Below, piece by piece: positions 11,293 to 23,251 of a stretch of DNA of 64,000 nt. The translations under genes were made by a program, and so were the position numbers. Each line of letters starts with the position of its first letter. Position 1 is the first letter of the stretch. The DNA lies in NCBI GenBank assembly GCA_043228905.1, contig JBHGNT010000006.1:13144001-13208000 (forward strand), given 5' to 3'. This stretch comes from Azolla caroliniana (lineage: Eukaryota > Plantae > Polypodiophyta). Under the pieces are notes generated by a model that made no database searches, was not told the DNA's origin, and worked only from the letters and a program-made list of their open reading frames with translations.

Positions 11293-13785
11293 TGTAAAAG
11301 AATACGATTGTGGAAGCTAAGACAAAATTGGCTCGTCCGGATAGCAAAGGAATACAGACATAGGTTTAATGGAAACCTTACACGGGAGAGACAGAGTTTG
11401 AGTAGAACATAGAAAACGTGTATATTCCAAAACACTAAAAACTCTCTGTACATACAATGTGCTCTATGAGCACTTTTATACAAGTCCTTAAAAGGACTCA
11501 CAAAAGTACTAACAAGTACTTCAATACTCATACAAGCGATTGACACTGACTCCTAAAAGTGTGCCTACGTACTAGGCTAGATTCATAGGCCTCTAACGGC
11601 CTACCGGCTACAATCCCATCACCAGTTGTCTGATCCGGTTCCTAGTTCTAGACACCGATCCGGTTCTTCGTTCCGGATTCCGATTCGGCTCTGGCTTATT
11701 CAGTCGATCCCGATCCGGTTGAGCTTGTCCGCTCAACACTCCCCCTCTAGCTCAAGTTGATGTTTGATCGCAGTATCTATGTCTGTGGTAACTGGTCTTC
11801 TCCTCCGCCTCCTCCTGGCGTCCTCCCGCCTACCTTGCGCTCCTCGTCCGGTCCGGTTCTGCTACCTATGACACGTATGGTTCCACACACCTCATACCTT
11901 CTTGGTCGTCTTGTCTGCTCCCTTAGCCCTTGGCCTCCAATCGATTCGGCTCCTCCGAAACGAACATCTCAAACGAATCGGTTGTCTCTAATTCGTTCCC
12001 GCTCTTGTCCGAGTTGGCTGTCTCCAACTCGTTTTCGGTCTTTAGACCCGCACAACATCAAACCACATCCATGTCTTGGTCTTCTTGCCCTTCTAGGCTT
12101 TACCTCCCCCTTTCTCGGTTGGCTCCGGCTTCGGTTTTCCGTTCCGGTGGCTCCCCTTGCGTCTGGTCTCAGCTTTCCCAATCGACCCATGCACTCCGAC
12201 TTCTTAAGTCGGGCCGGAGTCTAAATCGGTTTCCGACTCGGCTTTTTGGTCATCTTTCTCATTCCTCCCCCTCAAGTTCAATATATGAGGTATTGCACAC
12301 CCACTACACCAGAAAATTGCCACAACTTGTCTAAGCCGAGGGGTTTGGTGAAGATATCGGCCACTTGCCAATCCATCGAAGCATGCAGCAGTTCCACTTC
12401 ACCAAAGAGAACGCACTCTCAGACAAAATGATAGTGCACCTTGATGTGCTTAGTCCGGTGTCGTGAATATTTTCGGCAACGGTATGAAAATTGTGCGCAA
12501 CGAACGAAATCGAGAAGGTGCAATGTGCACGTGTGAAAGGGGTGAAGGCCACATGCATATGCTAGCATGTTGTAAATAGGATTGAAATGAGAATCGTAAA
12601 AGAAAAGCTAGATGTAAAGTTAAACATGTGCATGTGTGATGTGCGCTCAATTGTAAATATAAAGCCTAGTAACATCTAAGTGCATACGTAAGGGTGAAAG
12701 CAAGGCTTGAACCTTGCACCTCCAAGATAGGAGACAAATTAACTTACCACTAAAGCCATTACTAAGTGCTTTAGAATTTGTATATTTTCTTTTTCATATT
12801 CAGTATTTTGTAGGAAGCAAACATATAGAAACCGTGGGCACAAAACCATGGTTTTAGCCCGTGCTTTTAACCCATGGTTTCAGCCCGTGGGTTTAGCCCA
12901 TGGTTTTTGCATGGAGAGACCTATAAAAGCCTATAGTTGGGCTTGTGTAAGTGAGGCAAGGGATGTAAATAAAACAGAAACTTTTAATCAAAGATCCGAG
13001 TTATCCTAATGGTGATGTATCTTGTCTCGTAAAACTAAAGTCAAGGGTTCAATCTCTATCTTAATCTCTCTCTCTCTCTTCCTCCATCTATCTATCTTCA
13101 ATACTTTCTCGCTTATGCAGCTAAAAACATTGAATCCTTCCGGTCCAGGACCCCGGTGGTCCCGCTTCATTTCGCGAACACGCGAGGATTTCCTTGACAC
13201 CGTGCATGAAAGACGAGGTTCTTTGCCAACTGGATGATGATGAGGTTCTCACGATAGATCATCGTCGGATCAGACACCTCCACTCAATGATCTTTCAGGA
13301 GCCTCTTGAGACGATGAAAAGCGAAGAGTCTGATTTCGACGAAACAAACCCATCTAAGGCAGTCTCTACATGATCTTCGTGTTCCAGGCGCGCGGGGCTT
13401 GCTGGAGTCCATAGAGGGACTTCTTCAATCGGCATACAGTCGATGTATTCACTATGGACTAAAATCTGGGGGGGTGAACCATAAACACTTGTTCGTCAAG
13501 ATCACCTTGCAGGAACGCATTTTTCACATCCATCTGATGTAGATGCCACCCCTTCGCTGCTACCACCGCAAGCAAAATACGAACAGTCGTTATCCTCACG
13601 ACCGGCGTGAAAATCTCATCATAATCGATGCCTTGTTGTTGCACGTAACACTTGACCACTAACCGGGCCTTGTACCTATTGACGGAGCAATCGGTGTTGT
13701 ATTTAACCTTGTATACCCATCAACGACTGATCGGCTTCACTCCTTTCGGTACGCCCACTAAATCCCACGTCTCATTTTCCGCTAG
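11293..13785 (-). mobile_element. Copia B (related to A), 3' half: RT fragment, RNase H, extension, PPT (11739-11748), 3' LTR (11293-11738); split by a solo LTR
   Basis: Minus-strand QMDVKNAFLQG, VFHARTKHIKVHYH, QVADIFTKPL; AGAGGGGGAG|TGTTGAG PPT/LTR junction; LTR ends TTTTACA. Confidence 0.88.
12459..13199 (+). mobile_element. Solo LTR related to the 2870-9873 Gypsy LTRs
   Basis: Starts TGTCGTGAA and ends CCCCGGTGGTCCCGC...TTGACA, like the Gypsy LTR termini. Flanks ccgg/ccgt (4-bp TSD, 1 mismatch); removal restores RNase H HARTKH. Confidence 0.8.
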
Positions 13786-15347
13786 GGCAGGCAATAAAAT
13801 CCATGGATATACTTTCCCACTTATTACATCCCTTGGAAATTCCCAATAATAAGTGGGAAAGTATATCCATGGATTTTATTGTTAGCCTTCCTCGCACCCA
13901 AAAAGGCCATGATGCCATATGGGTCGTGGTTTATAGACTAACTAAAATGGCCAAATTTATTGCTACTAATACCACGGTAACAACTCCTGAATTGGCTTAC
14001 CAATTCGTTGACGAGTTATTTCGTTTTTATGGGTTACCAATGGATATCGTGAGTGATCGAGATCCAAAGTTTACTAGTGACTTCTGGACGCAAGTCTTTA
14101 TGAAGTTAGAAACTACGTTGAGCATGAGTTCCATGAATCATCCTCAATCCGATGGACAGACAGAATGAGTAAATCAAATTATTGAGGACATGCTTCGAGC
14201 ATACATTGCTGCAAAACCAACAAAATGGGAACGTTATCTCCCAATTTTGGAGTTTGCTTATAACAGCTCCAAGCATACGTCGACGGGATGTAGTCCTTTT
14301 ATGTTGATGTATGGTTTTCAACCACGAGCCCCGATTGATGTTAATATACATCATGATGAGTTGCAAAGTACGCAAAACTTTATTCGGGATATGCAAGATA
14401 TGTTGCATATTGCATGACATAATATAAAAACATCTCAAGATAGAGCGCGTTTTTACGTCGATCATAATAGGCAACCTCGTGTATTCAACCTTGGACAGAA
14501 GGTATTTTTACGTGTACTTCACAATTCTAAAACAATGTCTACGGGTAAGTGCACAAAGTTAGCCCCATAGTTGTGTGGACCTTTTCAAGTCCTCAAACAC
14601 ATTGGTTTGTCAGCCTATGATCTCGCTCTTCCCGATGGCGTTGAAATTCATCCATTTTTTTATGTAAGTCGTCTTAAAGAAGTTCTAGGTTCTGGCGACA
14701 ATACAATTACAACTGAAACTTTGGTTACTTCTGAAGAATTATATTCTAAACCACATGTACCAGAAAAAATTCTCGATGTTAAACAAAAAATCTACATACT
14801 AAAATAATCCGAGAATTTAAAATTAAATGGATGGATAAATCTATCAAAGATGCCACATGGGAACGCGAAAATACTCTTAGAACTAACTTTTCATTGCAAG
14901 AGTGCAATGTTTTAAAGAGGGGGAGTATGTTACGAGCATGACCATATAATATCCTGTGGTGAGAATTTACCATAGTATTCTATACACGTGGATAAGTGTG
15001 AGGGTTAAATGAGAGTGTAAAGAAGGGTAGGATTACTTTTAATCCTCGGGATTGAGACAACCCATTAGGCCAAGTGTGAACTTGCCTTGGGGCCTTGGGT
15101 ATCAATATAAATATGAGGCCTAGCTACCCTCATTTCATCATCTTTTGACTATGTCGAGACTCTAACGTTGTGGTGGGTCAACTCTTGTAGCGAGCGCGCT
15201 AGCACCAAGTATGACTCGACGCCACGACGGTAGTATGGGACGCCGATCGAGGCTCGAGTCCGTCTCGATCCCTCCGCTCGGGGGTGGTCGAGTGGATCGG
15301 CACATGCTATTGGTTTACTATCTTGATATAAGACAACAGCTATAACA
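13786..15347 (+). mobile_element. Chromovirus (Gypsy) 3' fragment: integrase, chromodomain, PPT, 3' LTR (14928-15347)
   Basis: WESISMDFIVSLP, IVSDRDPKF, HPQSDGQTE, GPF motif; chromodomain-like PEKILD...IKW...DATWE; AAGAGGGGGAGTA|TGTTA; LTR TGTTA...TAACA. Confidence 0.9.
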
Positions 15348-15898
15348 CATGTCCTTTCGATCTCCTTGCACTTAGTTGTGTCTACAACCTTCAAGTTGTC
15401 TGACTCCTTCGACTTTGTCATTTCAACTTGTTTGGCCATGTCTTTGTTTGACTTACCTTCTACTCCTCGTTCGACTCCTCTTTACTCGCTCGTTTGTTGT
15501 AGTCCCATATGTTTTCTTAGTATGTTGAAGCGTTGATCTGGGAGAGGCGTGGTCAGGCTATTGGCGATATTCACCTCAGTATCCACCTTTCAAACTTTGA
15601 GCTTCTTGTTAGTAACGAGCTCCCAAATATGATGGTACCTCACCTCAATGTGCTTCGTCTTACCATGGTATACCATATTCCGGATTAGGTGTATTGCGCT
15701 CTATAAGTCACAATGGAGAGTTGGCACCGGATGGTTGATTCGGCTTTTAGTTGAAAAGTCACATGTTAGTTGGTGCAACCAGATGGCTTCTTTGGTTGTT
15801 TCCGATGCGGCTATATACTCGGCCTCTGTTGTTAAGAGTGTCGTGTAGTCGTGTAACTTCGACTTCCATGATATGGCGCTGCCACCATAGGTGAAGAC
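15348..15898 (-). pseudogene. Copia C RNase H fragment
   Basis: Minus-strand AISWKSK..TTEAEYIAA..KTKHIEVRYH; probably the 3' continuation of the RT at 22470-25075. Confidence 0.85.
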
Positions 15899-16395
15899 TA
15901 TAAAGAATTGGATATGATTCTTGTGCAGCGGAAGAGATGTGTGTTATGTGTATGTGTGAGAGGAAAGAGAGAAGAGAAGAGAAAACACAAGATAGATTAG
16001 ATAGAATGGAAAATAGAATACTCAAAAAGAAGATGGATATTCACAAGGAGAATATGAGATACAAAATTGTAGCATCACAAGGAGTCACAACCAACACTAT
16101 ATGAAGTAGGAGGAGGGTGCTTTATATAAGGTCACCCTCTCTCTTCATTAACTCACTACAACAACTACTCTCTCTTGGGGAATATGAAGACTCATAGTCT
16201 TGGGGAATATGGAACTCATTAGTTATGTGCCATAGAATAAGATTATATGACACATAGTTAATGTGTAGAGAGTAGTGGTGTGACTCTTAACCTTTGAGTG
16301 ATCATAGATTCTCAAAGGGTGTGTTCACGCGTTGCACTAGGTTGAGCTTGATTCTCAACACACCCCGTCAAGCTCAAATCGGGTCGGTTCCTTTG

Positions 16396-17155
16396 GAGTA
16401 TATTCCAAAACACTAAAAACTCTCTGTACATACAATGTGCTCTGTGAGCAATTTTATACAAGTCCTTAAAAGGACTAACAGAAGTATTGACAAGTACTTC
16501 AATGCTCATACAAGTGACTGACACTAAGTCCTAAAAGTATGCCTACGTACTAGGCTAGATTCGTAGGCCTCTAACGGCCTACCGGTTACAATCCAATCGG
16601 GCTCTCCAATCCGACTCCTGGTTCTGGATACCATCTGGACACCGATCCGGTTCTTCGTTCTGAACTCCGATCCGGCTCTGGCTTATTCAGCCAATCTAGA
16701 TCCAGTTGAGATTTTCCGTTCAACACTTCCGTTCAAGCTCAACTTGAGGTCAGATCGCAGTGTTTGTGTCTGTGGTAGCCCGTCTTCTCCTCCGGCTCCT
16801 CCTGGCGTCCTCCCGCCTGGCTTAGAAAGAATAGGAAATAGAATACTAAAAAAGAAGATGGATATTCACAAGGAGAATATGAGATACAAAAATGTAGCAT
16901 TACAAGGAGTCACAACCAACGATATATGAAGTAGGAGGAGGGTGCATTATATAAGGTCTCCCTTTATCTTCATTAACTCACTACAACAACTACTCTCTCT
17001 TGGGGAATGCGAAGACTCATAGTCATGGGGAATATGGAACTCATTAGTTATGTGCCATAGAATGTGATTTTATGACACATAGTTAATGTGTAGAGAGTAG
17101 TGGTGTGACTCTTGACCTTTGAGTGATCATAGATTCTCAAAGGGTGTGTTCACAC
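16396..17155 (-). repeat. Patchwork: Copia-B-type LTR plus 3' end (16396-16817) and a second copy of part of the Copia D LTR (16820-17155)
   Basis: Direct similarity to 11420-11830 and to 15995-16330 respectively. Confidence 0.8.
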
Positions 17156-17710
17156 GTGCCCCCTCAAGCACATTCATGAAGAATTTTCTGTTTTGCGTTT
17201 GGTAAATCTGGGACACAGACCTTTCCACTACAGTAGAGCAAACCGTTTGTAATGTGAAAGGTCACCTTCGAGGGTAGGGTGCTACTAACGACATCTAAAC
17301 CAGATTCGGCTTTCGTCTAGTATTTTGAGAAATAACTGTCATCAAGGTATTTCCCTCGAAGGTGGTCTAAAAGTTCAGATTTTATTTCCGTGAAGCTAAG
17401 CATGTTAACTTCTTTAATGCGACTAAGAGCCTCTGCAACAATGTTCATAGAACCCTTGCGATACCGTATGGAAAAATCAAAATCTTGCATAAGGTCAGCC
17501 CAACGGCCTTTACAACCAACAAGATCTGGCTGGTCACAAAAATACTTCAATGATTGATGGTCTGTTGTAACCACAAATTTATTTCCATAGAGATAGTGCC
17601 TCCATGTTTTAAGTGCATGTATTACCGCAAACAACTCTTTCTGTTGAACGGAATACCAAGATTGAGCAGCATCAAGCTTCTTACTTTCAAAAGCAATAGG
17701 CACCCTTGTA
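17156..17710 (-). pseudogene. Gypsy (chromovirus-type) RNase H fragment
   Basis: PIAFESKKL...KELFAVIHALKTWRHYLYG..VVTTDHQSLKYF. Confidence 0.85.
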
Positions 17711-20700
17711 TTCGACCTCCGTGCTCGAAAGTGCGACGGTAGGCTGCTTCTTACTACTCCAAGATATTGCTTCGTTGCCGAGTGAGAAGACAAATCCGGA
17801 GGTCGGTCGTCGATCGGCTCTGTAATCGGCCTAGTCACATCCGTATACCTTCAAGTTGAATTGGTGTGGTCGATTTGTAGAGAATACCAAAATCCATTGT
17901 GCCTCTCACATATCGTAATACTCGCTTAGTGCAATCAAAATGAATATCCCATGGAGTTTTCATGAATTGGCTAAAGAGACCGACCAGATAGTTGAGGTTG
18001 GGTCGAGTGATCATGAGATAGATGAGGCTCTAGATCAGTTGTCGATACTGAGTCGGCTCGCACTCGTCTGTGTCGGAGTCAGCATCTAGTTTGAGGTTTC
18101 GATCGAGAGGGGTTGCCACATATTTGCACTCAGTCATCCCAAACTTGTATAACAACTTGAGGATGTAGTGTCGTTGAGAGATCATAATGCCGACTAGAGT
18201 CCGAATTACCTCGATGCCAAGGAAGTAATGGAGCGCTCCTTCATGTCCGTCATCTCGAATTTGTTGGAGAGGAGGGACTTCACCTTGTTGATGTCGAGTA
18301 AATTCTCACCTCCAATAACTAGATCATCCATGTATAGGATGATGACAATTGGGCTTCTAAAGTCGTTTCGTACGTAGAGGGAGTTGTCAGATTTTGACAT
18401 TCGAAAGCCGATTTGATGAAGATTATTGCATTATCTTCGAATGCCAAGCATGCGGTGCTTACTTAAGGCCGTAGAGAGGCTTCTTGAGTTGGCAAACGAC
18501 TTAGGGATCGATGATGGATTCGAAGTCGGGTGGTTGTACCATGTACACCTCCTCTTCTAATTCGCCTTGAAGAAAGGTGTTCTTGACATCCATCTGGTGG
18601 AGGTGCCACCCTTTCGTCGTTGCAAGTGCAATTACGGTCCGCACAGTCGTCATCTTTGCCATCGGGGCAAAGGTCTCTTCATAATCGACTCCATGTGTTT
18701 GTGTGTATCCTTTTGCTACAAGTTGAGCTCTGTAGCGGTTTACGGAGCCGTCGGCATTATACTTCACTTTGTAAATCCATCTACAGCTGATTGCCTTCTT
18801 GTGCAGTGAGTGGGGGACGAGATCCCATGTCTCGTTCTTGCATAGTGCCCGCATCTCATCTTTCATTGCTTCGACCCATCGTGGATCCTTGGCTGCTTCC
18901 GAAAAACTTTCTTGTTCTCGAACTGTCACCACCTTCATCATAAAGGCATAGTGGTATGCCATTTAATCGTTGTAGCCGAATCGGCTAACAAGATTCTTCT
19001 CACAGGTGGAGCGACGGAGTTTTTCATTTTTCACGGCAGTGGCTTTCTTTACGCCAGGTGTCCTCATGATAGGTACATTGAAGCCACCGAACTCACTGTC
19101 GAGGGAGTGAGTCGATTCATTTCCGTCGAATTGATCGTCTTCATATTCCAGCATTTTCACCTTGCCTTTGTCCATCTTCGGACTAGGCCGAGATGTGCTT
19201 TGGTCACTCGGGGCCTCTTGTGGCCCACTAAGACTTTTCGTAATGGGCTTTCTTCGAGCATGTGTTCAAGTCGATCTCCATCTTCTATCTCTTTTTCGGC
19301 GGATTCCAGGTTGACTAGAAATTATTCGGGAGGAGTCTGCTCGGGTTCGTACCATGATGTTGATTCGTCGAAGACTAGATCTCGATTCACACGAACCTTT
19401 TGAGTCGAGTGGTTATAGCACGTGTACCCCTTTTGCTCCAATGAGCATCCTATGAGGATACATTTCTCCGACTTCGGGTCGATCTTTTGTCACTTCTCGT
19501 CGGGGATGTGCACGTATGCAATGGAGCCGAATATCCGAACATGTGATAGATCCGACTTCTTTCCGAAGAACTTCTCGTGCGGGGTAACCTCATGCATGCC
19601 TGATGTTGTACATTGATTCAAGGTAGACGATATTATTTGCTGCTTCGGCCCAATACGACTTCGGCGTGTGCTTTCCGTTTATCATGGCCTGTGCTACTTT
19701 GAGGATGTGTCGATTTTTGTGTTTGGCTACTCTGTTTTGTTGTGGTGTATGTCGACACAAAAACTCTCGCCTAATTCCTTCTTTCTGGAGAAAAGCCAAA
19801 AATTCGTCGAAGAAGTACTCTTTTCCTCCATCCGACTGAAGACATTGTACATGTCGACCTGTTTCCTTTTCGACTCCACTCTTGAATTTTTGGAAGTGTC
19901 CAAACACTTTGCTCTTTTGCCGCATGGGGTAGATCTAGGTGTGCCTAGAGAAGTCGTCGATGAAGGCCACATAGTATCGGCATCCGCTGAATGTAGTCGT
20001 TTGAGTTGGTCCCCATACATTGGAATGAATTACGTTGAGTACGCCTTTGCTCATGTTCCTCTCCTTCGAAAACGGGTGCCAATGTTGCTTGCCGAATTGG
20101 CAGGTTGCACATATGCCTTCAATCTCTTTCGCTTTGAAGGTCGGGATTCCAATGATGACTCCTTTCGATTGCATTGCCTTGAGCTTTTGGAGGTTGATGT
20201 GGCCAGTCCACTTGTGCCACAACTCGTTGTCGGTGTCGGCTTTGGTGCCTTTTGCAAACATGGCCGATTTCATCTCGTGCGAGTCGAGAATGAAGATTCG
20301 GCCCTCTCTTCATCCGCGAGTGATGAGTCGACCTTCTTTCTCGATGAAGCAACTGCCTTGATTAAATCGAACTTGCATCTCTTGCTCAACAATTTGGCCG
20401 ACGGAGACCAAATTCGTCGTAATGGTTGGTACATGCAAGACATTCTTAATGTAGTTTTGGTTAACTTCTTTTCCGAATGGAACATTGCCAATGTGCGAAT
20501 CGGATGAGTAGTGTTGTCTCCGGTTTCAACATAGCCAGGTCGATCCAGCTCTCGAAGTTCTCAGAACCATTCTTGATGAGACGTCATATGGTTTGAGGCA
20601 CCGGAGTCGACAAACCATACGTCTTCTGGACCGGAGGCACGAGTTGAAGTAGAAGACGACATAGAATTTTCTCTATGTCTCATCACGAACATTCCACCAT

Positions 20701-21713
20701 GATTGTCATAGTCGAAGTTGGTGGCGTAATTGGTGAGTTGTCGACTAGTGGAAACCAACTTGTGCATCTTCTTTCGGCACTCTTCTTCGTGGTGGCCGAT
20801 TTCGCCGCAATATCCGCATTCGATCGAGTTTTGTCGGCTCGAACCGGAATGGAAGCTCCCCCTTCTTCCAAAGGTTCCTTAATGACTTTCGTCTTGTTGC
20901 CGAAATTGGGAGTTGTTTTCGTAAGGCGAACCTGGTCCGCCTCGTCCTTGGTCGAATTGGCCTCTTGCTCAGTTGCGTCCTCTTCCTCCGTTCAAATGTG
21001 TGTAGAGCATGTGACCTTCCGAGGCGTTGCTCCTCATTAGAAAATGGTTTTCTTCAACCAACAACATGGATTGAAGATCGAAGAAAGAGAGAGGATTCTC
21101 CCATGCTAGTATGGCAGTCCTCATCGTGATGAACCGTGGTGCAAGGCCGCCCGAGGCATATTTGCACCATCTCATCACAAAGCTCCTTGATCTTCAAGGT
21201 GTAGCTTGTGATGGACATATCTCTTTGTTGGATGTCGTTCAACTCTTTGTGGAGTTGAAGCTTTCTTGCAGTTGTGTTGACCACAAAAATCTTATGTAGA
21301 TTCTCCCACGCTTCTTTCGGTTTCTCGAATGTAGCCGAGCATGTGATCATGAACGCATGTCCCCAAGCAATACATCACTCAGCTTGCCACTTGCTCCCAT
21401 GTTGGGTAGTTGGCGTCTTTCGGGTTGGGTTGATTTTCTTGTGCTCCTTTGATGTAGCTCCAATATCCTTGGCCGACACGGTATTGGTGCATCTCGTACT
21501 CCCAAAATCCAAAGTTATTTCTATCCCACTTCTCGCTAGGGAGAGCGCTCCCCATTTGAGTATTCATTATGTCGATGAAGCTTTCTTTCTTCTTTTCCTT
21601 CTCTCTCGAACACGAGCTATGTAGTGGCACTACGATAACGATGGACCAGTTATTCTCGAACGTCAGCATAGATCACAACACACCTGGATGGGCTAGATTG
21701 AGCTACCAAACCA

Positions 21714-21724
21714 CTCTGATACCA
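21714..21724 (-). promoter_or_regulatory. PBS complementary to initiator tRNA-Met
   Basis: TGGTATCAGAG directly after the LTR end ...TTTACA on the minus strand. Confidence 0.9.
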
Positions 21725-21858
21725 TGTAAAGAATCGGATATGATTCTTGTGCAGCGGAAGAGATGTGTGTTATGTGTATGTGTGAGAGGAAAGAGAGGAG
21801 AGAAGAGAAAACACAAGATAGATTAGATAGAATGGAAAATAGAATACTCAAAACGAAG

Positions 21859-21950
21859 ATGTATATTCACAAGGAGAATATGAGATACAAAAATGTATAT
21901 TCACAAGGAGAATATGAGATACAAAAATGTATATTCACAAGGAGAATATG
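21859..21950. repeat. 34-bp tandem repeat, ~2.7 copies, at the truncation point of the Copia D 5' LTR
   Basis: ATGTATATTCACAAGGAGAATATGAGATACAAAA starting at 21859, 21893 and 21927. Confidence 0.85.
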
Positions 21951-22469
21951 GAGAACGTAGGAAAACGAACGTTATGCTAGACGAACACGAATTTTACGTA
22001 CTATGGGACTCTAGCATAGAATACATTTCAAAATCAGAATATTCTAGTCATTATTATATTCTAGAAAATTGTACGATATATTCTATATGGGTATATTCTA
22101 GAGATTTTTGTCGAGTATATTATGTTACGGGCATGACCATATAATATCCCGTGGTGAGAATTTACTGTAGTATTCTATACATGTGGATAAGTGTGAGGGT
22201 TAAACGAGAGTGTAAAGAAGGGGAGGATTACTTCTAGAGATATTCAATCTCGAAACTTGTATAAATACTTGTAACCTCCTTGGTTCCTTTCAGGGGATTC
22301 AACACCAACCATTGACATATCAATCTAGTATTCTTGTTTCGCCCCATCTTGTCTCCTTGGTCTTTATCTTTGTATTCATGCTCTTGTGTCGTTCCCAACT
22401 TCTTAAATTCCACGCTCTTAGCCCCATCATTCGTGCTCCGTCCGAGTTCGCGGTTGGTGTGTTTGTGAC
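21951..22469 (+). repeat. LTR-like fragment carrying a 111-bp piece (22123-22233) of the 14928 chromovirus LTR
   Basis: 22123-22233 matches 14928-15038; TATA-like TATAAATA near 22260; ends GTGACA at the junction with Copia RT. Confidence 0.6.
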
Positions 22470-23176
22470 AGTCTCGTCGAGTCACCACCATTGCATACAT
22501 GAGACTTCCTACTACCAATGCATAGATTATTCTACTCATGAGCTTTCTCTCCTCTTATGTGGATGGAGAGTCTCTGTCCAATCGTCAGAATGACATTGGA
22601 AGCGGTGTTGGTGCTAGTTTCACGTTCTCCATATTGTAGTGCCTCGGCACCTTTTGGATGTAGTCGAACTGGGAAAGCCGGAGGAACTTTGTCATCCGAT
22701 TTCACTCTATCCCTAGTATGTGTCGAGCTCATCCGAGTTCCTTCATCGCATTCTTTTTGTGAGGGTTCCGCTTTAGCTTTCCAACTTCGACTTGATCGTT
22801 GTTGTCGATGAGCATGTCATCAACATATAGGATCAAGTAGATTTGGGACTCATTGGCTAGTTGTTGAATGTACATACACGGGTCGAAGTCGGACTAACTG
22901 TAACCAAGATGCATGATGTAATGATAAGGTTTCGACCAGCCACAACTGATTCACATGAATGCGTATGCAGGTGCAAAGATTGAAAAGGTAGAAATAACAG
23001 AAGACGAAAATGAAAGTATAGAGACACAAGTATTTTAACATGGAAAAACCCTTGAAGGAAAAACCACGGGAGTCCACAGACTCCGAAATGTATCACTATG
23101 GGAGAATGAATACAATAAGAATCTACAAGGTAATGAACTTGAGTTCTTCTTCATCAGATCGACGGTTACAGAGGAG

Positions 23177-23251
<75 letters not shown>

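Larger units (their letters stand above)
15899..21950 (-). mobile_element. Copia D: 3' LTR 15899-16360, internal gag-RT 17710-21713, PBS, truncated 5' LTR from 21725; contains foreign fragments
   Basis: Matching LTR ends at 15899 and 21725; WFVDSGASNHMT, IHSNVWGP, QMDVKNTFLQG, LYMDD on the minus strand. Confidence 0.88.

Noticed and set aside
12693-12762. Functional tRNA gene
   Set aside because: No acceptor stem or anticodon arm can be formed; kept only as a tRNA-like promoter observation.
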